Below are positions 13,263 through 26,070 of a stretch of DNA of 64,000 bases, in pieces. The stretch covers positions 9,672,001 through 9,736,000 of the forward strand of contig JAGIQG010000016.1 of NCBI GenBank assembly GCA_024679065.1, written 5' to 3'. The stretch comes from Sphyrna mokarran (lineage: Eukaryota). Made by a program: the position numbers and the translations under genes. Under the pieces are notes generated by a model, which worked only from the letters and a program-made list of their open reading frames with translations, made no database searches and had not been told where the DNA came from. The first letter of the stretch is position 1; each line of letters starts with the position of its first letter.

Positions 13263-14062
13263 TTAGAACATAGAACATTACAGCATAGAACAGGCCCTTC
13301 GGTCTTCGATGTTGCGCCGACCAATATAAAAAGCAATGCCCCTCCAAACTAAACCATTCCCTTCTCTTCCCTATACTTATCAACTAACCTCTTAAACGCC
13401 ACCAAACTTGGCGCATCTACAACTGCTGCAGGCAGGGCATTCCACTCCCGAACCACCCTTTGGGTAAAGAACCTACCTCTGATATCCGTCCTATAACTAT
13501 CACCCCTTAATTTAAAGCTGTGTCCCCTCGTGCTAGCTTTTTCCATCCTAGGAAAAAGGCTATCACTGTCCACCCTATCTAAACCTCTAATCATCTTATA
13601 TGTTTCGATCTGGTCCCCTCTTAGCCTCCTCCTTTCTAACGAAAACAACCTCAAATCCCTCAGCCTCTCCTCATAAGACCTGCCCTCCATACCAGGCAAC
13701 ATCCTGGTAAACCTCCTCTGTACCCTCTCCAATGCCTCCACATCTTTCTTATAATGTGGGGACCAGAACTGCACACAATACTCCAAGTGCGGCCGCACTA
13801 GAGTTTTGTACAGTTGCAACATGACGTTGCGGCTCCGAAATTCAATCCCCCTACCAATAAAAGCTAAGACTCCATATGCCTTCTTAACAACCTTCTCGAC
13901 TTGACTGCCTACTTTCAGGGATCTATGCACATACACACCAAGATCCCTCTGTTCATCTAGACTACTAAGAATCCTACCATTTGCCCTATACCCTACACAT
14001 TTATTATTTCTGCCATAGTGCATTACCTCACACTTTTCCACATTACACTCCATTTGCCACCT
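13263..14062 (-). mobile_element. Young 5'-truncated CR1 LINE with an intact ORF2 C-terminus
   Basis: The 244-aa ORF 13349-14083 reads WQMECNVEKCEVMHYG..LYKTLVRPHLEYCVQFWSP..RRLRGDQIETYK..FFTQRVVREWNALP without disruption, followed by a 3' UTR hairpin and gttctat-type tail. Confidence 0.95.
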
Positions 14063-15728
14063 AAAGAAGTTAAAGAAGTACACCTTCCCACCCCACTAAA
14101 TCAGCACTTCTAAACCAGTCAAACACCTTACGGAGACTTCTTAAGATTAGCGTAGCTAGGGAAGCGTCCCTGCCCTTCAAACTTCCTGAGAACAATTGCA
14201 CATCTATTGTTCAAGCTCGGGAGATTGAACTACACCCTAAGTTCGCAGTGGTCGTTTCACCCACGCGCGCTAACACCAGGAAATTCTTTGTTTTTTTTGG
14301 CCTGGTGTGACTTTTTAAATTGGACCACTCTTTTTCAATGCTAATGACCAGTATGTCACGATTTTGGACTCTGATCGTCCGTTAGTTTACAGTTATATGA
14401 GAGTCAGAAACTTGCAAGGAAAAGTTTCTGATCTCCTATGGCTGGAGTGGGAAAAAAAAACATAGTGAAATTTCATGAAAGTGATTACAGTCCATGTTGA
14501 CATTGTGTGTCAACTTCAATCTCAGGAACATTGTTTTTTTTTTCCTTGAGAAAAGACTTGGAAAAGTTTTCATTTCAGCCTGGATTCTACAAAAAAACTT
14601 GCTAATACTGTTATTGACTGAAAAGCCACATCAAACATTCTAATTTGGCAAGCACAGGCAGAACGTTCATGCCTTTTCGTCTTGAGGTAGATCAACATTT
14701 ATTATTGGGCAGGCTAAACGTCTCCTGGTGGTTAAAATGTTACTGCAGGATGCTTTTAATCTTGACGAAAAGAGCCCACAGCAATGTAGATTTGAAGAAT
14801 CAGAACTTCCATTCAGTATCTTCCCCCTGTATTGAGCTTTTCTTTGTTTTAATCTTACTTATTTTCCTCCGAACGCATTTGAAAATTTTGGTAAAAAGGT
14901 TTGCTGAGTTTTCAAGCCTTTGGTGAGTTCTTCGCTGCCTGTTGTATTTTTGATGTTATTCCCTCTTAAAATACCTTGTCACTGAGGCTGCCTCATTAGA
15001 TTCAATATAGACTTTAAAAAAACTGTTTCAACTCAGGGACCTCTCATAGCTGAAACCAATCATTAAGTATCTTCAGAAGTTCATATGTAAACTTCTTATT
15101 GCTGATTCAGATTTCGAGCAGTTCTTATCAACTCGCAGTCTGAATTAAACATGTTTTATGAAGTCGCCCAACGGTTACTGGTTGGAGTAAGCGGTTGGAA
15201 TCAGTTGTGACATTTCGCTTTTGAAGCATGGATGACGCAACAGCATCAACTCCGTTATAGCCCAAAACACATGTGTAGATACATGTTTCTCACGTTTTCC
15301 TCTTGCATGCATGATTTGTACGATGATGTGGTGCCATATTATATAGATTGGAATAAACTGATTGCAGACCAAAAATCAAATTGAATCCAATACCCGAAAT
15401 GTATGTTTCTTCTAGCCAAGCTTTCTTCTCCTGACTTGATCAAGAAAAATTTTCAAGCATATTTTAAAGCTTGATCTCCATTTTGCAAACACATTGTCTC
15501 ACTCGTTAAAAATTCGGAGTATTTCCAATGGTCATTTGGAAATACATCAGATGCCAAACGCGTTACATTTGTAAAGTTATTTTTTCTAGACGTAGAATTA
15601 CTCGTTCAGCTGCATTGACAAAACATCAGTGACTTGTTCCAAACATTCCAGAATCGACACTTCAGTTGCATTTTGCTAAATGATTGAAAAGAAACTGTGT
15701 TTTTCACATATCTGGTCATCACGCTTAG

Positions 15729-15755
15729 CATTGTTATCGGTGATTGATTTCAAAT
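15729..15755 (+). CDS. Candidate 27-nt micro-exon (phase 1-1; ALLSVIDFK)
   Basis: tcacgcttag|CATTGTTATCGGTGATTGATTTCAAAT|gtaagt. Confidence 0.45.
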
Positions 15756-16213
15756 GTAAGTAATTATATTTTGATCTAAAAAATTGCGTTTGATAATTAC
15801 AATGATGCGTCTCTGGACACTTTATTGACACTGTTGTTCTGAATTAAACGTTCTATGAATTTAATTGCCATACATGTTGCAAAACGTTCACATATATAAG
15901 TGCAATGTACTCATGGTGATGTTGAAATTGAAATTACGAATGTGTTTAAATTGTTAATATTCTATTAGCATTAATTTAACCGATTGTCTTCTAACCATTT
16001 TATGCATTTTTGTGTCAGTATTAAAAAAAATGCGTGACGTTCGCAATATAATAGTCGATGTTTTACAGCATGTTCTCCGAATTCTGATTGTACACATGCC
16101 AGATTTCGTTTGGAATTTCATTTTGAAATATCTGTGAATTGTCGTTGCCCAAGGTTTGTTGTTGTTAAATGAATTCAACTGTAGAAAATAAATGTTTACT
16201 TATGTAATCTTAG

Positions 16214-16243
16214 GTCCTGCTACTTTAGCGAAGTGTCAAGCTG
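16214..16243 (+). CDS. Candidate 30-nt micro-exon (phase 1-1; xPATLAKCQA)
   Basis: ttatgtaatcttag|GTCCTGCTACTTTAGCGAAGTGTCAAGCTG|gtaagg. It has the same length and A-x-C placement as exon 52607-52636. Confidence 0.55.
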
Positions 16244-16269
16244 GTAAGGAATTTAGGACAAGCACGCGC

Positions 16270-16308
16270 GTGTGTGTGTGTGTGTGCGTATGTGTGTGTG
16301 TATGTGTG
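16270..16308 (+). repeat. (GT)n microsatellite, imperfect
   Basis: Seen directly. Confidence 0.95.
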
Positions 16309-17126
16309 AATAAGTAAATATTAAAGAACTTATTTTGCTCCATTCTTAATTAGAGATCGGCAAACATTTCCTGTAAGTTCGAAACAAAGCATGTGATTTC
16401 AGGGGAAAATGGAATTTCACTCATGAGGATACAATATTTGGGCGAAAAAACATCTTGCTGCAATGGATCCATATCGTGACCATATCAAGTAAACAATGGA
16501 ACATGACTGTATTTGACTTCATTGTCAAATGCATTGGGATACAGTGCACAGTCAATTCTACTGTTTGCTACACAAACACAACGTAACTTTCGTAAAATGC
16601 ATCGAAGAGAAGAAAGAACAGTGTTCAGAAGCTGGACTTACACTCATGAAAGCGAGAATTTAGCTTTGTAAATGGGAGGCTCATTTAAAAGACCAACGAG
16701 AGCGATGTAGAGTATTTTTTGTTGCATCAGTCCGCATGTGACATCAAACATGTTCATCTTTTCCTGATGGATAAAAAATGCAAGGGGATATGCCCTGGGC
16801 AACGGGGCCTTGTTTATGCGGTGGGTTTTCCAAAGCAGAGGTGACTCCAGGTGATCAAAACGAATGGTAAATTTGTTTACGCGATGGACTAGGCTGCATT
16901 CACAAGCGCTTGTATTTCGTTACATCCTTGGAGAGATCAGGGGCCGTACCAACCACCGAAAATTCGGAAACACTGTTTTTCTATGGTGCGTATTTCAAAA
17001 TGATGTGTCGTAGTGGGCATGACTAATTTCCTATGTACCCAGAGAAAGGAGAGGTGTTCATCCAGTTTCTTAATTATAGCGTAGGCATGGAGAGAACAAA
17101 TGGTATTGCGCTCAATCACTGCATTA

Positions 17127-17409
17127 AGTTAAAGTTTATTTATGTGTCACAAGTAACACTTAGATTAACACTGTAATGAAGTTAATTGAAATCCCTCGTG
17201 GTCGCCACACTTTGGTGTCTGTTCGGGTCTATGCATCTAACCAGCACGGCTTTTAGACTATGAGATGAATCACAGGAGGAGGCCCATGCAGACACGTTTT
17301 GAACAAAAGTGAAAATTCCACACAGAAAGTGAGCCAAGCTGGGCATCGAACCCAGGTCCCTGGTGTTGTGAGGCAGCAGTGCTATCCACTGTGGCGCCTA
17401 TTGTCACCG
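17127..17409 (-). mobile_element. HE1/V-SINE-type SINE
   Basis: Head (reverse complement) reads agcactgctgcctcacaacaccagggacctgggttcgatgcc. The tail is the same type as the 6910 copy. Confidence 0.85.
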
Positions 17410-17837
17410 TGTCATCCATATCAAGCATATCTACAGACAGCAGAATTAATGGAGGTCTATTTCACAAACGCATATACTGAATTCGTACAGTGAAGAGACG
17501 AAGAAACTGACAGCCAGCATTTTAGCCCCTGAGGAAATGTTCCTCGAGATTTTTTTTTTCTCATCATTCCCGTTTAGAAACAGTCCAGAGATGGATGTTA
17601 CAAAAATACACAATGCAGATATCATAAATAAAATACCTTTACTGTTCTGTTCCTGCAACATAACTGAAAATATTTTTGTGGTTTCATATACACGCTATCA
17701 TCATAACAAAAAGAAAGAATGCCATCTTTTATCTAGCCTGAAACTATAAAATGAACCGTTTGTTGACAAATAGTTTTGTACGCTTTACGTAAGTAAAGTA
17801 AATAAATACAAGTCAACAGAAGAATAATTATTCTACA

Positions 17838-18117
17838 ATCATAGAATCATAGAACACTACAGTGCAGGAAGAGGCCCTTCGGCCAATCGAGTCTGTACTG
17901 AACACAATCCCATCCAGACCCTACCCGCTAATCCCTCTAACGTCCGCTACCTGGACACTAAGGGGCAATTTCCTGGCATGGCCAATCAACTTAACCTGCG
18001 CATCTTTGGACTGTGGGAGGGAATCGAAGCACGCGGAGGAAACCCACGTCGACATGAGGAGAATGTGCAAACTCCACACAGACAATGACCTGAGCCGAGA
18101 ATCGAACGCAGGACCTA
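17838..18117 (-). mobile_element. HE1/V-SINE-type SINE with CR1-like (atagaatc)n tail, 5' truncated
   Basis: V-core tttggactgtgggagggaatcgaagcacgcggaggaaacccacg...tgcaaactccacacagac, with a B box at about 18100-18108. Confidence 0.85.
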
Positions 18118-18199
18118 TGGATACTATGGAACCCAGAACTCAGGATACTATGCTATTGGTTCCTCAGAATATTGTGTTGTGATGTTCCGAATCAACGTC

Positions 18200-19200
18200 T
18201 GCAGGAAATAAGTATGGCCATCTTGTTTGCTGTAAAATGCTGTAAACTAAAGACACTTCCGCTGAGTCTGGCGATTGTATGCACAGGAAGTATGTCAAAC
18301 GGCAGCTCCTAAATTACTGTTTTGCGCATCTGGTACTGCTGACAGAAACACTATGAAGCATCTATAAGTAGCAGTTGTCACATCGAAAGATATGATCGCA
18401 CAGATGCAAGGTATCGGATGGCAGACGCAATAATATTAGGTATAAGCGTTTAATGCAGGGGTCGGCAGTGCTCGTCGATCTCTCAAGTAGATGTGCCATG
18501 TTGCAAAATGCTGGGCCTTTAGTGGAAAAAGAAGAAACTGACGAATCTCTGGCAATGCGGTCACAATTGGCGAGGATAAATATCGATGGGTAATTAGTGG
18601 TAAATGACATAATTGGTTGGGGAGCTTACCGACGTTTCTAAGGCAGAAAACAGCGCTATCGAATAATTCATTGCCACCCTGGTGCTGGGTCTAGAGAAGG
18701 CTCGAAGAATCTGCAAAACATTCTGAATTGTATTCGGTGCTGCCGGGGGCAAGGTATATTGAACACCCAACGGCCTTGATGCAAGTTGGTAGAAACATCG
18801 TTGGTAAAAATACTTGTCGGCTTACAACATGAGTTTTGGGAGTTGCATACAAGTTCAAGTCGAGGTGCATTCAATGTCATAATATTTGAGTTACATTTCA
18901 TGGCTCGAAACACTGAGGACTCGAATAGAGATACAGATCAGCATGAATAACTTGAGAAAACATTGGTGTGGGAAGGATGACATTAGGTATTTGAATCACT
19001 GAAACAGTTTGTGGGATAGCTAGTACATGTTTAAGGCGTACAGTTGCATTTTAATGGAAAATATTTGAAAACCCAAGCTTGAATGATTGGTCGTTTTTGA
19101 GGGGTGGACGTAAGTAATTTGGCGCAGGAATGGGACAATACAGATAATCAGTGGCATACAGCTTCAGTCAGATATCGAATGAAAATTCGTTCTGCTCAAC
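18200..19200 (+). mobile_element. CR1 LINE ORF1 remnant (SGNH esterase-like domain)
   Basis: Degenerate translation DIIGWGAYRRF*GRKQRYRIIHCHPGAGSREGSKNLQNIL and MNNLRKHWCGKDDIRYLNH*NSLWD matches CR1 ORF1 (GDSIVRGTDRRFCG..CCLPGARV..; MNAWLRSWCRREGFRFLDHW). Confidence 0.75.
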
Positions 19201-19207
19201 ATGCAGG

Positions 19208-20069
19208 TGTTGCCTGCCGCACAGTCTGTTTTAACCCTTTCACAGTGGTCAGATAACAAGGAGTAAGCTTCTTGTTAGTATAGCGAATATTTACTTAAAC
19301 TACACACTCGATAATCACCCACCGACCAACAGTAAGTTATGTTACAGGAAAATACTAGAATTCACGTACAATGCAAATCTTGACTTAACTTTGCGTGAAT
19401 GGCAAGCGCCTAAGGAGTTGTTGGTCTTTATCTGTGCGTCGGCCTCGGTAGACGTCTGCATAGCCTGGTCATTTAGTCTGCTATGGCACTCTGGCTCTAG
19501 TCATTCTTCATTCCTTCTCAGGTGTGATGGCTCTCCTCTTGTTGGCGATGTTCTCCATTGTTGTTGCTCGTTCTTGGGGTCAGAGAGAGAGAAAGAGAGA
19601 GAGAGCGATTCCTGGTTATGCAGCACCCTTTATACCCCATTTGGTTTCACGCCCATTTTTGGCCATTGCCAATTAATTCATCAGGACTTGATCACCCCGA
19701 TCGACAAGAGTCCAATTAGGTACTACCAAACCGATCTTTGTGTGTGTCCCCAGAAGCCATATCTGTCGATGTTGAAACCACATAGGTCAAATACCTCCCT
19801 CCTAAATAAGGATTCATGGTGACTTTATGTCTGGCACACAGTCCAGCGTGACCAGAAAGTCTCTTTCATCCTGGAGATGAAAAAAGCCTGTGTGACTGTA
19901 AAGCCCGTTTCGTCCTGGAGATGAGCCATATTGTGTTTATTCACTCGTCAGGTTTGCAGCCCACTTGTCTCTGCCTTTAGATGCAGCCTGTCGGTTTAGT
20001 TTCTTGTCCAATTGTCCCAGAGTATTTTTTTTTTACAAAAAGCAATGTTAATTGGTCCGTTTGGCTACA
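19208..20069 (-). mobile_element. Probable solo LTR inserted in CR1
   Basis: TG...CA ends with an imperfect terminal inversion (tgttgcc / ggctaca). A minus-strand TATA-like gggtataaaggg lies at about 19626-19637. It interrupts the CR1 between ORF1 and ORF2. No clear TSD. Confidence 0.6.
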
Positions 20070-20099
20070 AAGAGAAGCCATGGAAACGATAATTTGAAA

Positions 20100-21600
20100 A
20101 TTTGGAAATGCATGCTGAATTTATTGGAATGTCAACTTAAAGCTTGTAAATGAGATTAATCTGGAGTTTTGACAAGGTCATGGGATTTTCTTTCAATCAC
20201 TGAAGCATAGGTCAAGAAAAGTGGGAAACAGTGAACAAATTTTCCAGGGTGTAGAAATGTCTGATGGGATAAAGAGGGAAATCAGAGAGGAGGGACATTG
20301 TAACACATACAAATGAATGCACGAGTTATATAATGCAAAATGATGCCTTTGTTGCATCTTCAAGTGAGACTACATGGGTGTAGCTTAACTTGTTGGGATT
20401 AAACGGCCGACTTCACAGCAATGAGAGTGCGATGCAGGGTCAGCTATTTGGGCAATCCTTGATAACTTGAGTGGAACAGCGCTATAGGATTGTAACAAAT
20501 ATCAACCTCCGGAATTATAATTGGAGTGTGAAAGAATTTGACGGGGTAAGAAAATTCATGCACATGAATGAAAACTGTTGTGCGAGTACATCAATAGCCC
20601 TCTGTAAGTGTGCAGTGATACACTTAGGGAGCCGGGCAATTACTTGAAATGTTGTTGGGTAGCATTTTAGGCATAGTGAACATTAATCTGTAATTTGCTC
20701 AGTCCTTATGAAAAGAGTTACTGCTAGTAGAGAATTCACATTTCTGAATTTGTGTATATAATGTGCATATGCCACTAGAAAGGTCAGACAAACGTCGATA
20801 GAGTAAACACTTGCAGGCTTACACGTATTTGACAAGTAGGAATCTTTGAAAAAGAAAATAATATTGAGAGATCAGTGTCAATGTCCGCCCCTTAGGTTGA
20901 AGAGCAAGGGCTCCTAAGTATAAGTAACGTTGGATATAAGATAATTCGAAGTGTTCATAAAGATAAATGAAGAATCATGTATTAGCTTCTCAGCACTGTG
21001 AATGGTGTGCATGTTCACGAGGATAGAGAACGTTATGTTTGCACGTCAAGAATAATAAGGACGAGCCTGCAGGTATTTGAACGGGAATGCCAGCGAAGTT
21101 GCGAACTTGTGTCAAAATCTGGCCTGTCAATACAAAGTAAAGAGTGAGTCTGAAGCTTTAGTTTTATGATTGGAATTTTGTTGTCTGTGGTGCATCCAAA
21201 GATGTGTGTTGGGGTCATTGATGTCCGTTATGTTCATTAACAACTGGGATCTCCTTGGAGAAGTTATACCAAGTAAGTTCGTCGATGACAAGATAATCCT
21301 TGGTGTTTTTTTTAGAGTGAGAAGGGATAACTTAGTTATTGGACTGATGTTGCTCAACTAGGAAGAGCAATGGAGAATTTAATTTAACATTGTGCAAGTG
21401 TGAGTTGATTCATACAGCACAGTAACAATAACGGCAGAATAAATACATTTAATGGTACTTGCCAGTGAGTTGGAAAAAAAGGTCCATACATTCCGAAATT
21501 TGAGTATCAAATACAGGCAGACCAGTAAGGATCCGTGTGTGCATTACTCAGGAAAAAGGATACAGGAGATGTTATAATGCAGGTCAGAAACTCAAAGATA
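20100..21600 (+). mobile_element. CR1 LINE ORF2 remnant (highly degenerate)
   Basis: The RT motif QRCVLGSLMSVMFINNWDL..SKFVDDKI at 21190-21300 is collinear with the upstream ORF1 remnant. Confidence 0.75.
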
Positions 21601-21615
21601 TGTTATGATGCCAGA

Positions 21616-22124
21616 CATGATGTGGAGATGCCAGCGTTGGACTGGGGTAAACACAGTAAGAAGTCTCACAACACCAGGTTAAAGCTCAACAGGTTTAAGG
21701 TTCAGGGGGAATAGGTACAGAGGAGATCTCAGAGGGTGGTTGGTGAGTGGAATCGGCTGCCGTCAGTGGTGGTGAAGGCGAAGTCATTGTTTTTTTAGGA
21801 GACTTCCGGATGAGTAAATGGGATTTAATGGGATTCAGGTTTATAAATAGGCCTAGTAGGTAGGGATATGATCAGCAAAACTTGTGTGCTGCAGCATTCT
21901 ATGATTTCTATGTTTATTTGGTAGCAAACACCACTAGCTTTCAGGAATTTTTCCAATTGTCAGGTGAGTGGGGAGTCTCACTCACCCGACAAAGGGGAAA
22001 AGCCCTGAAAGCTGGTAGCCTTCATCCCCACTGACCTGACAAAGGGGAAAAGCCCTGAAATCTAATGGCGTTTGCTTCCAAGTAAACTTGTTGAACTTTA
22101 ACCTGCCGTTGTGAGGCTTCTCAC
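21616..22124. mobile_element. Palindromic Penelope-like element with 12-bp flanking duplication
   Basis: Inverted arms aagaagtctcacaacaccaggttaaag... / ...ctttaacctgccgttgtgaggcttct. Degenerate hammerhead-like cores at about 21985-22062. tatgatgccaga is duplicated at 21604-21615 and 22125-22136. Confidence 0.7.
21698..21913 (+). mobile_element. CR1 3' end inserted into the Penelope-like arm
   Basis: ggtggttggtgagtggaatcggctgcc (VVGEWNRLP) with a ttctatgatttctatg tail; gttta is duplicated on both sides. Confidence 0.8.
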
Positions 22125-22939
22125 TATGATGCCAGAAGAGACATAGCGTTTTTTTTCCAGATTTAAAAAAAAAAGAATGTTTCATTACAGATATTATTCG
22201 AATGAAACATTCGGGAAATTTATAGTTAACATCTATTAAGTATGGTTAACTTATACATAGTCAACTGATCGAATTGTTATCAAATGCAAACAACAAATGA
22301 GGCAATATATTGTTTAAACCTCGCAGTTAAGTGTATTTTTCCAGTCAAATGAAGCTTTGTGCAAGATCACATCTGCATCAGGTTGAACACAGTAAACAAG
22401 CATTTTCCTGTGATTTACAGCTCAGCAATGTATTCTGTCAGTTCGTCCGCTGATTGATAATACAGAATCTGGTGTCTCCAATCTGGAATGCCCCAGAAGC
22501 TTGAGTTAGAGACAATGACACTGCTAGCTTTTAAATTGTGACAACAAGCCTCCCCAAGGCTGCGAGGCAATCCCTGTCACTAGTGCGGAGACATCCAGTC
22601 AGCACTAGAAAATTTGCAATGCTAGACTGAAAGGCAGACAATTACTTTTTTTTTTTGCTGTCTCTAATACAACAACTTCAAACAAAAACCGAAAGTGAAG
22701 TCTTTGATTCGTCTGTGAAGGAACCATGTGATATTGGCCTGTTGATCAATATGCCCAAAGCAATTCAAAATGATTACAAACTCAGAATATTACAGAACAT
22801 CCCATTCTTCCCAAATTGAACTAAAATAAAACAAAGCCTTCTCAAACCACTAAGCAGCAGCACAAGGACATCTCATCAAGCAGACGGTGATACAATATAA
22901 ATGCTGCTTATTGCTACTGAATGCATGATCAAAGTACAT

Positions 22940-23450
22940 TGCCTAAAGGGAAAGTCGCGCTACACAACACCGAAACGTGTTAAAACTTCTTAAGCCATTT
23001 CTTAAGGCACAGGTGGCATATTGTATGCAGTTCTGGCAATCACACTTTCGGGGGCCATGACTGGATTGCAAAGTGTGCAGACCACATTCACCAGACGTTG
23101 CCCGGATCGGAAAGATTCTGATACAAGAAGAGACTGAGTAGACTAGACTTGCTTTTCCCAGAAGCAAAGATACATAGGGAAATACAGGATGGGAATACAA
23201 CATTTTAAATGGCATAAATATAGAAAATTGTAAGAATAAGTTTCAAACTTGATAGATGCATATGACATGAGGGCTCTGGGATAAGGTGAGGAGTAAATGA
23301 TCTTAGTGAAGATACACAATGGGTGCTGAAATTATGGAACACACTACCTAAAAGGATGAAAGAAACAGGTACACTCTCAATATTTAAGGAGGTTTTCGAT
23401 GGGTACTCTTTTCAGAATTGTATTCGGCAATGGATCAAGTGCACGTTAAA
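22940..23450 (+). mobile_element. CR1 3' region, degenerate
   Basis: Peptide remnants AYCMQFWQSH and LKLWNTLP..TLSIFKE. Confidence 0.7.
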
Positions 23451-23499
23451 ATTGATTGTGATTTTTTTCTATACTCATCCAAACTGGATCAGTATAGAA

Positions 23500-23565
23500 A
23501 ATATACTCTATATTCTATACTCTATATACTATACTCTATATTCTATATACTCTATATTCTATACT
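23500..23565 (+). repeat. (CTATA/TTCTATA)n low-complexity repeat
   Basis: atatactctatattctatactctatatactatactctatattctata... Confidence 0.85.
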
Positions 23566-24401
23566 GGACCAAAGGGGGTGATGCTATGATGCTATGATGA
23601 CACAAGGGCACGAATATTCTACAAAGTCGCGCCTTCAATTTAAACATCGCAATGCAATGATATTCATAAGTAATAGGTCTACACAATGCATTACAATACC
23701 TCATAATATGAATAGGAGCATTGAAATATAACATTGATAGAACATCAACAAAATAACAAAATGAAATTCAATGGGTTATAATTTGCACATATTCTTTAGA
23801 ATACAACAAAGGCAGCTATAGCTAAATTACACAATGCTATGATTACTGCATGCTAAGTTTATTTTCACAGCCAATGAAATGATAGTGAATATTGTTATGA
23901 TATTGTTTATGATTGGAATATTCTGATTTTTTGTAACATTTTCCGCTCCAGCAATACCTCTTTGTTAATGTGTTGGTAGACTAATATCAACTATTTCATT
24001 ATTAATGATTGGTATTTTCCGCTTTGGCCATATCTATTTATGAATTTATTTGTAAGCTAATGTCGATTATTTGATTATTAGTGAGTGAAATAACAAAAAC
24101 ATCTTATTTATAAGGTTCATTACTGAATTTATTGTAATTTATTCTGAGACAATGGTGTTGAATGTTAATAAATAAAATATGATATCAAGAGTCGGGAGTT
24201 AACTACAATTCATTGGGAAAGTTAATTAAAGGTGTAGGTTGTTAGGGGATGGCACATAATCGAAGGGTTCAATTGTGAAATGTCAGATGTGTTTAATGTC
24301 ATGTGGTTGAAAAGTAAAACAATGAAGGAACCCAAACCGTATTTGACAAACAAAATTAAGTCTTCGAATTTGCAATGAAGAGGCATACAAATTCGTCTGA
24401 A

Positions 24402-24460
24402 TACTACTACTACTACTAACAAGAATAATAATAATTATTATTATAACAACAACAATAACA
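24402..24460 (+). repeat. Compound trinucleotide microsatellite (TAC/TAA/CAA)
   Basis: Seen directly. Confidence 0.9.
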
Positions 24461-25049
24461 CATTCTTGAGAATTTGGAGCAGTTGAGAATCCAGCAAAGG
24501 AGGATGAAGTGATTGATTGAGTTGGGGTAAATTGTGTACACACGTTTTCTTGCTGTGATCATAAAGACTTGTACGGGAGTTTACTACAATTTGCTAGATT
24601 AAAAAAAATGGCAAAGACAAATGTGAGTCCACTGACAAATAGGGACATATTTAACAGAGAGTGAACAGAATGCAGAATCCTTAGACCATAAGATATGACA
24701 TTCTGACGTGGCATGATACATAATTGAGAGGAACGGTCAATTAGAGGTGGTTATGTGATGGCATATATTCAAAGAGTTCAGTTGTGAAATATCAGTTTTT
24801 TTTATCAGTACAATGCAGGATATGAATGGCCGATTGGAAATGTTGGCAAATGCAATATTCAGTATGAGAGAGGAACTGAGATGAACCAGTTCCTGTAGAG
24901 AGATAATGCTCGGAAATTCGATGGGATTGAGGACCGATACATGCCATTGGCCTGACAATCTATATCAAATGTTATTTAAAGAAAATACCATGAAAATGAC
25001 GTAATTTATAGTCAACTGCCCAGATTCAATCGACCAATCTTACTTTTCC

Positions 25050-26050
25050 CCAAATCTTTTGATTGGCAGTCCCCAAAAGAGTGTTGGGTGTTTAACACGT
25101 TAAGAGTGTTTAACACCTTAAAAAAATACAATTATTTTGGTCAACTACTTCCTGTCGTTCTAAAGGCCGCAGGTGTAGGTACCTCTGGTGCAGTATTTTA
25201 TCTCCCTCTTCGTCGAAAAATGTTCAGTCCTTTTCCCTCAGATTATGGTCCTTGGTTCTGGATACGGTCACCAATTTCTGCATCTACCATGTCCAATTCA
25301 CCGAGTATTGTATACCCTTTTGTGAAAAAAACACCTCATTTCTCTGAATAGCGGCAATTATAATCATAAGCAACTAAACCTCTCTTAGTTCTTGAGGACC
25401 GAAATCAAAATGATGGGTCTTTTAAACGTGACTTATACTCAGTCGACAGCAAGAACATCTTTCTCCAGATAAACAGAAATAGATCGAAATGCCACACGAT
25501 ATTTCAGGTGTGGCCTTACCAAGGTCTTCTGTGTTGGAGCTTGTGATGCCTGCTCCACTGCACAACAACTCATGCAAATAAGGTCAAGGTACAATTTGTC
25601 TTATTTAAGGCCTTCATGCAAGTCACCCGTGATTAATTTATGAAACCTAACTGCTGCAGTATATATCCGTTCAGGTACTATTGTGTCCTCGACTTCTTCC
25701 TACAAAAGTGACAGTTATTGCAGATTATATTGCATTGGTCATGCATTTACACATTAAGACTTTCTTTTTATCCAAATTATGCTGAAACATCTCTCTCTTG
25801 TTCTCACAGATCAAAGTCGTGTCATGTAAACATTTCTTGAAAATACTGCAGTCCAAACTGCAGTCCCTGCGCTATCAAATGAGGAATAGGCCATTCTCCA
25901 ATCATTTTAGATTGGAGATGATTTACAATATTGCAGTGAGAAGCCACAGATTTCCCTCAAGGCTCTAGCAATTTCCCCTCCCTTATCATTCTCATTATTC
26001 TGGGGTGTACCACATAATGCCATGGGCCTTGTCTACCATAAGGCTTTTAT
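25050..26050 (-). mobile_element. CR1 fragments, highly degenerate
   Basis: caggtgtggccttaccaagg is the reverse complement of LVRPHL; surrounding sequence resembles the CR1 3' region. Confidence 0.6.
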
Positions 26051-26070
26051 TTCAAGGACACGAATGTCGC

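Noticed and set aside
21982-22065. Short direct repeats with a spacer, superficially CRISPR-like
   Set aside because: Only two copies, inside a Penelope-like element in vertebrate DNA, with no cas genes.
24225-24830. Repeated motif at about 24245 and 24755 (DISQLN..CH on the minus strand) suggesting repeated protein domains
   Set aside because: Flanking sequence resembles decayed CR1 ORF2 (DW..AN motif region), and all frames contain stops.
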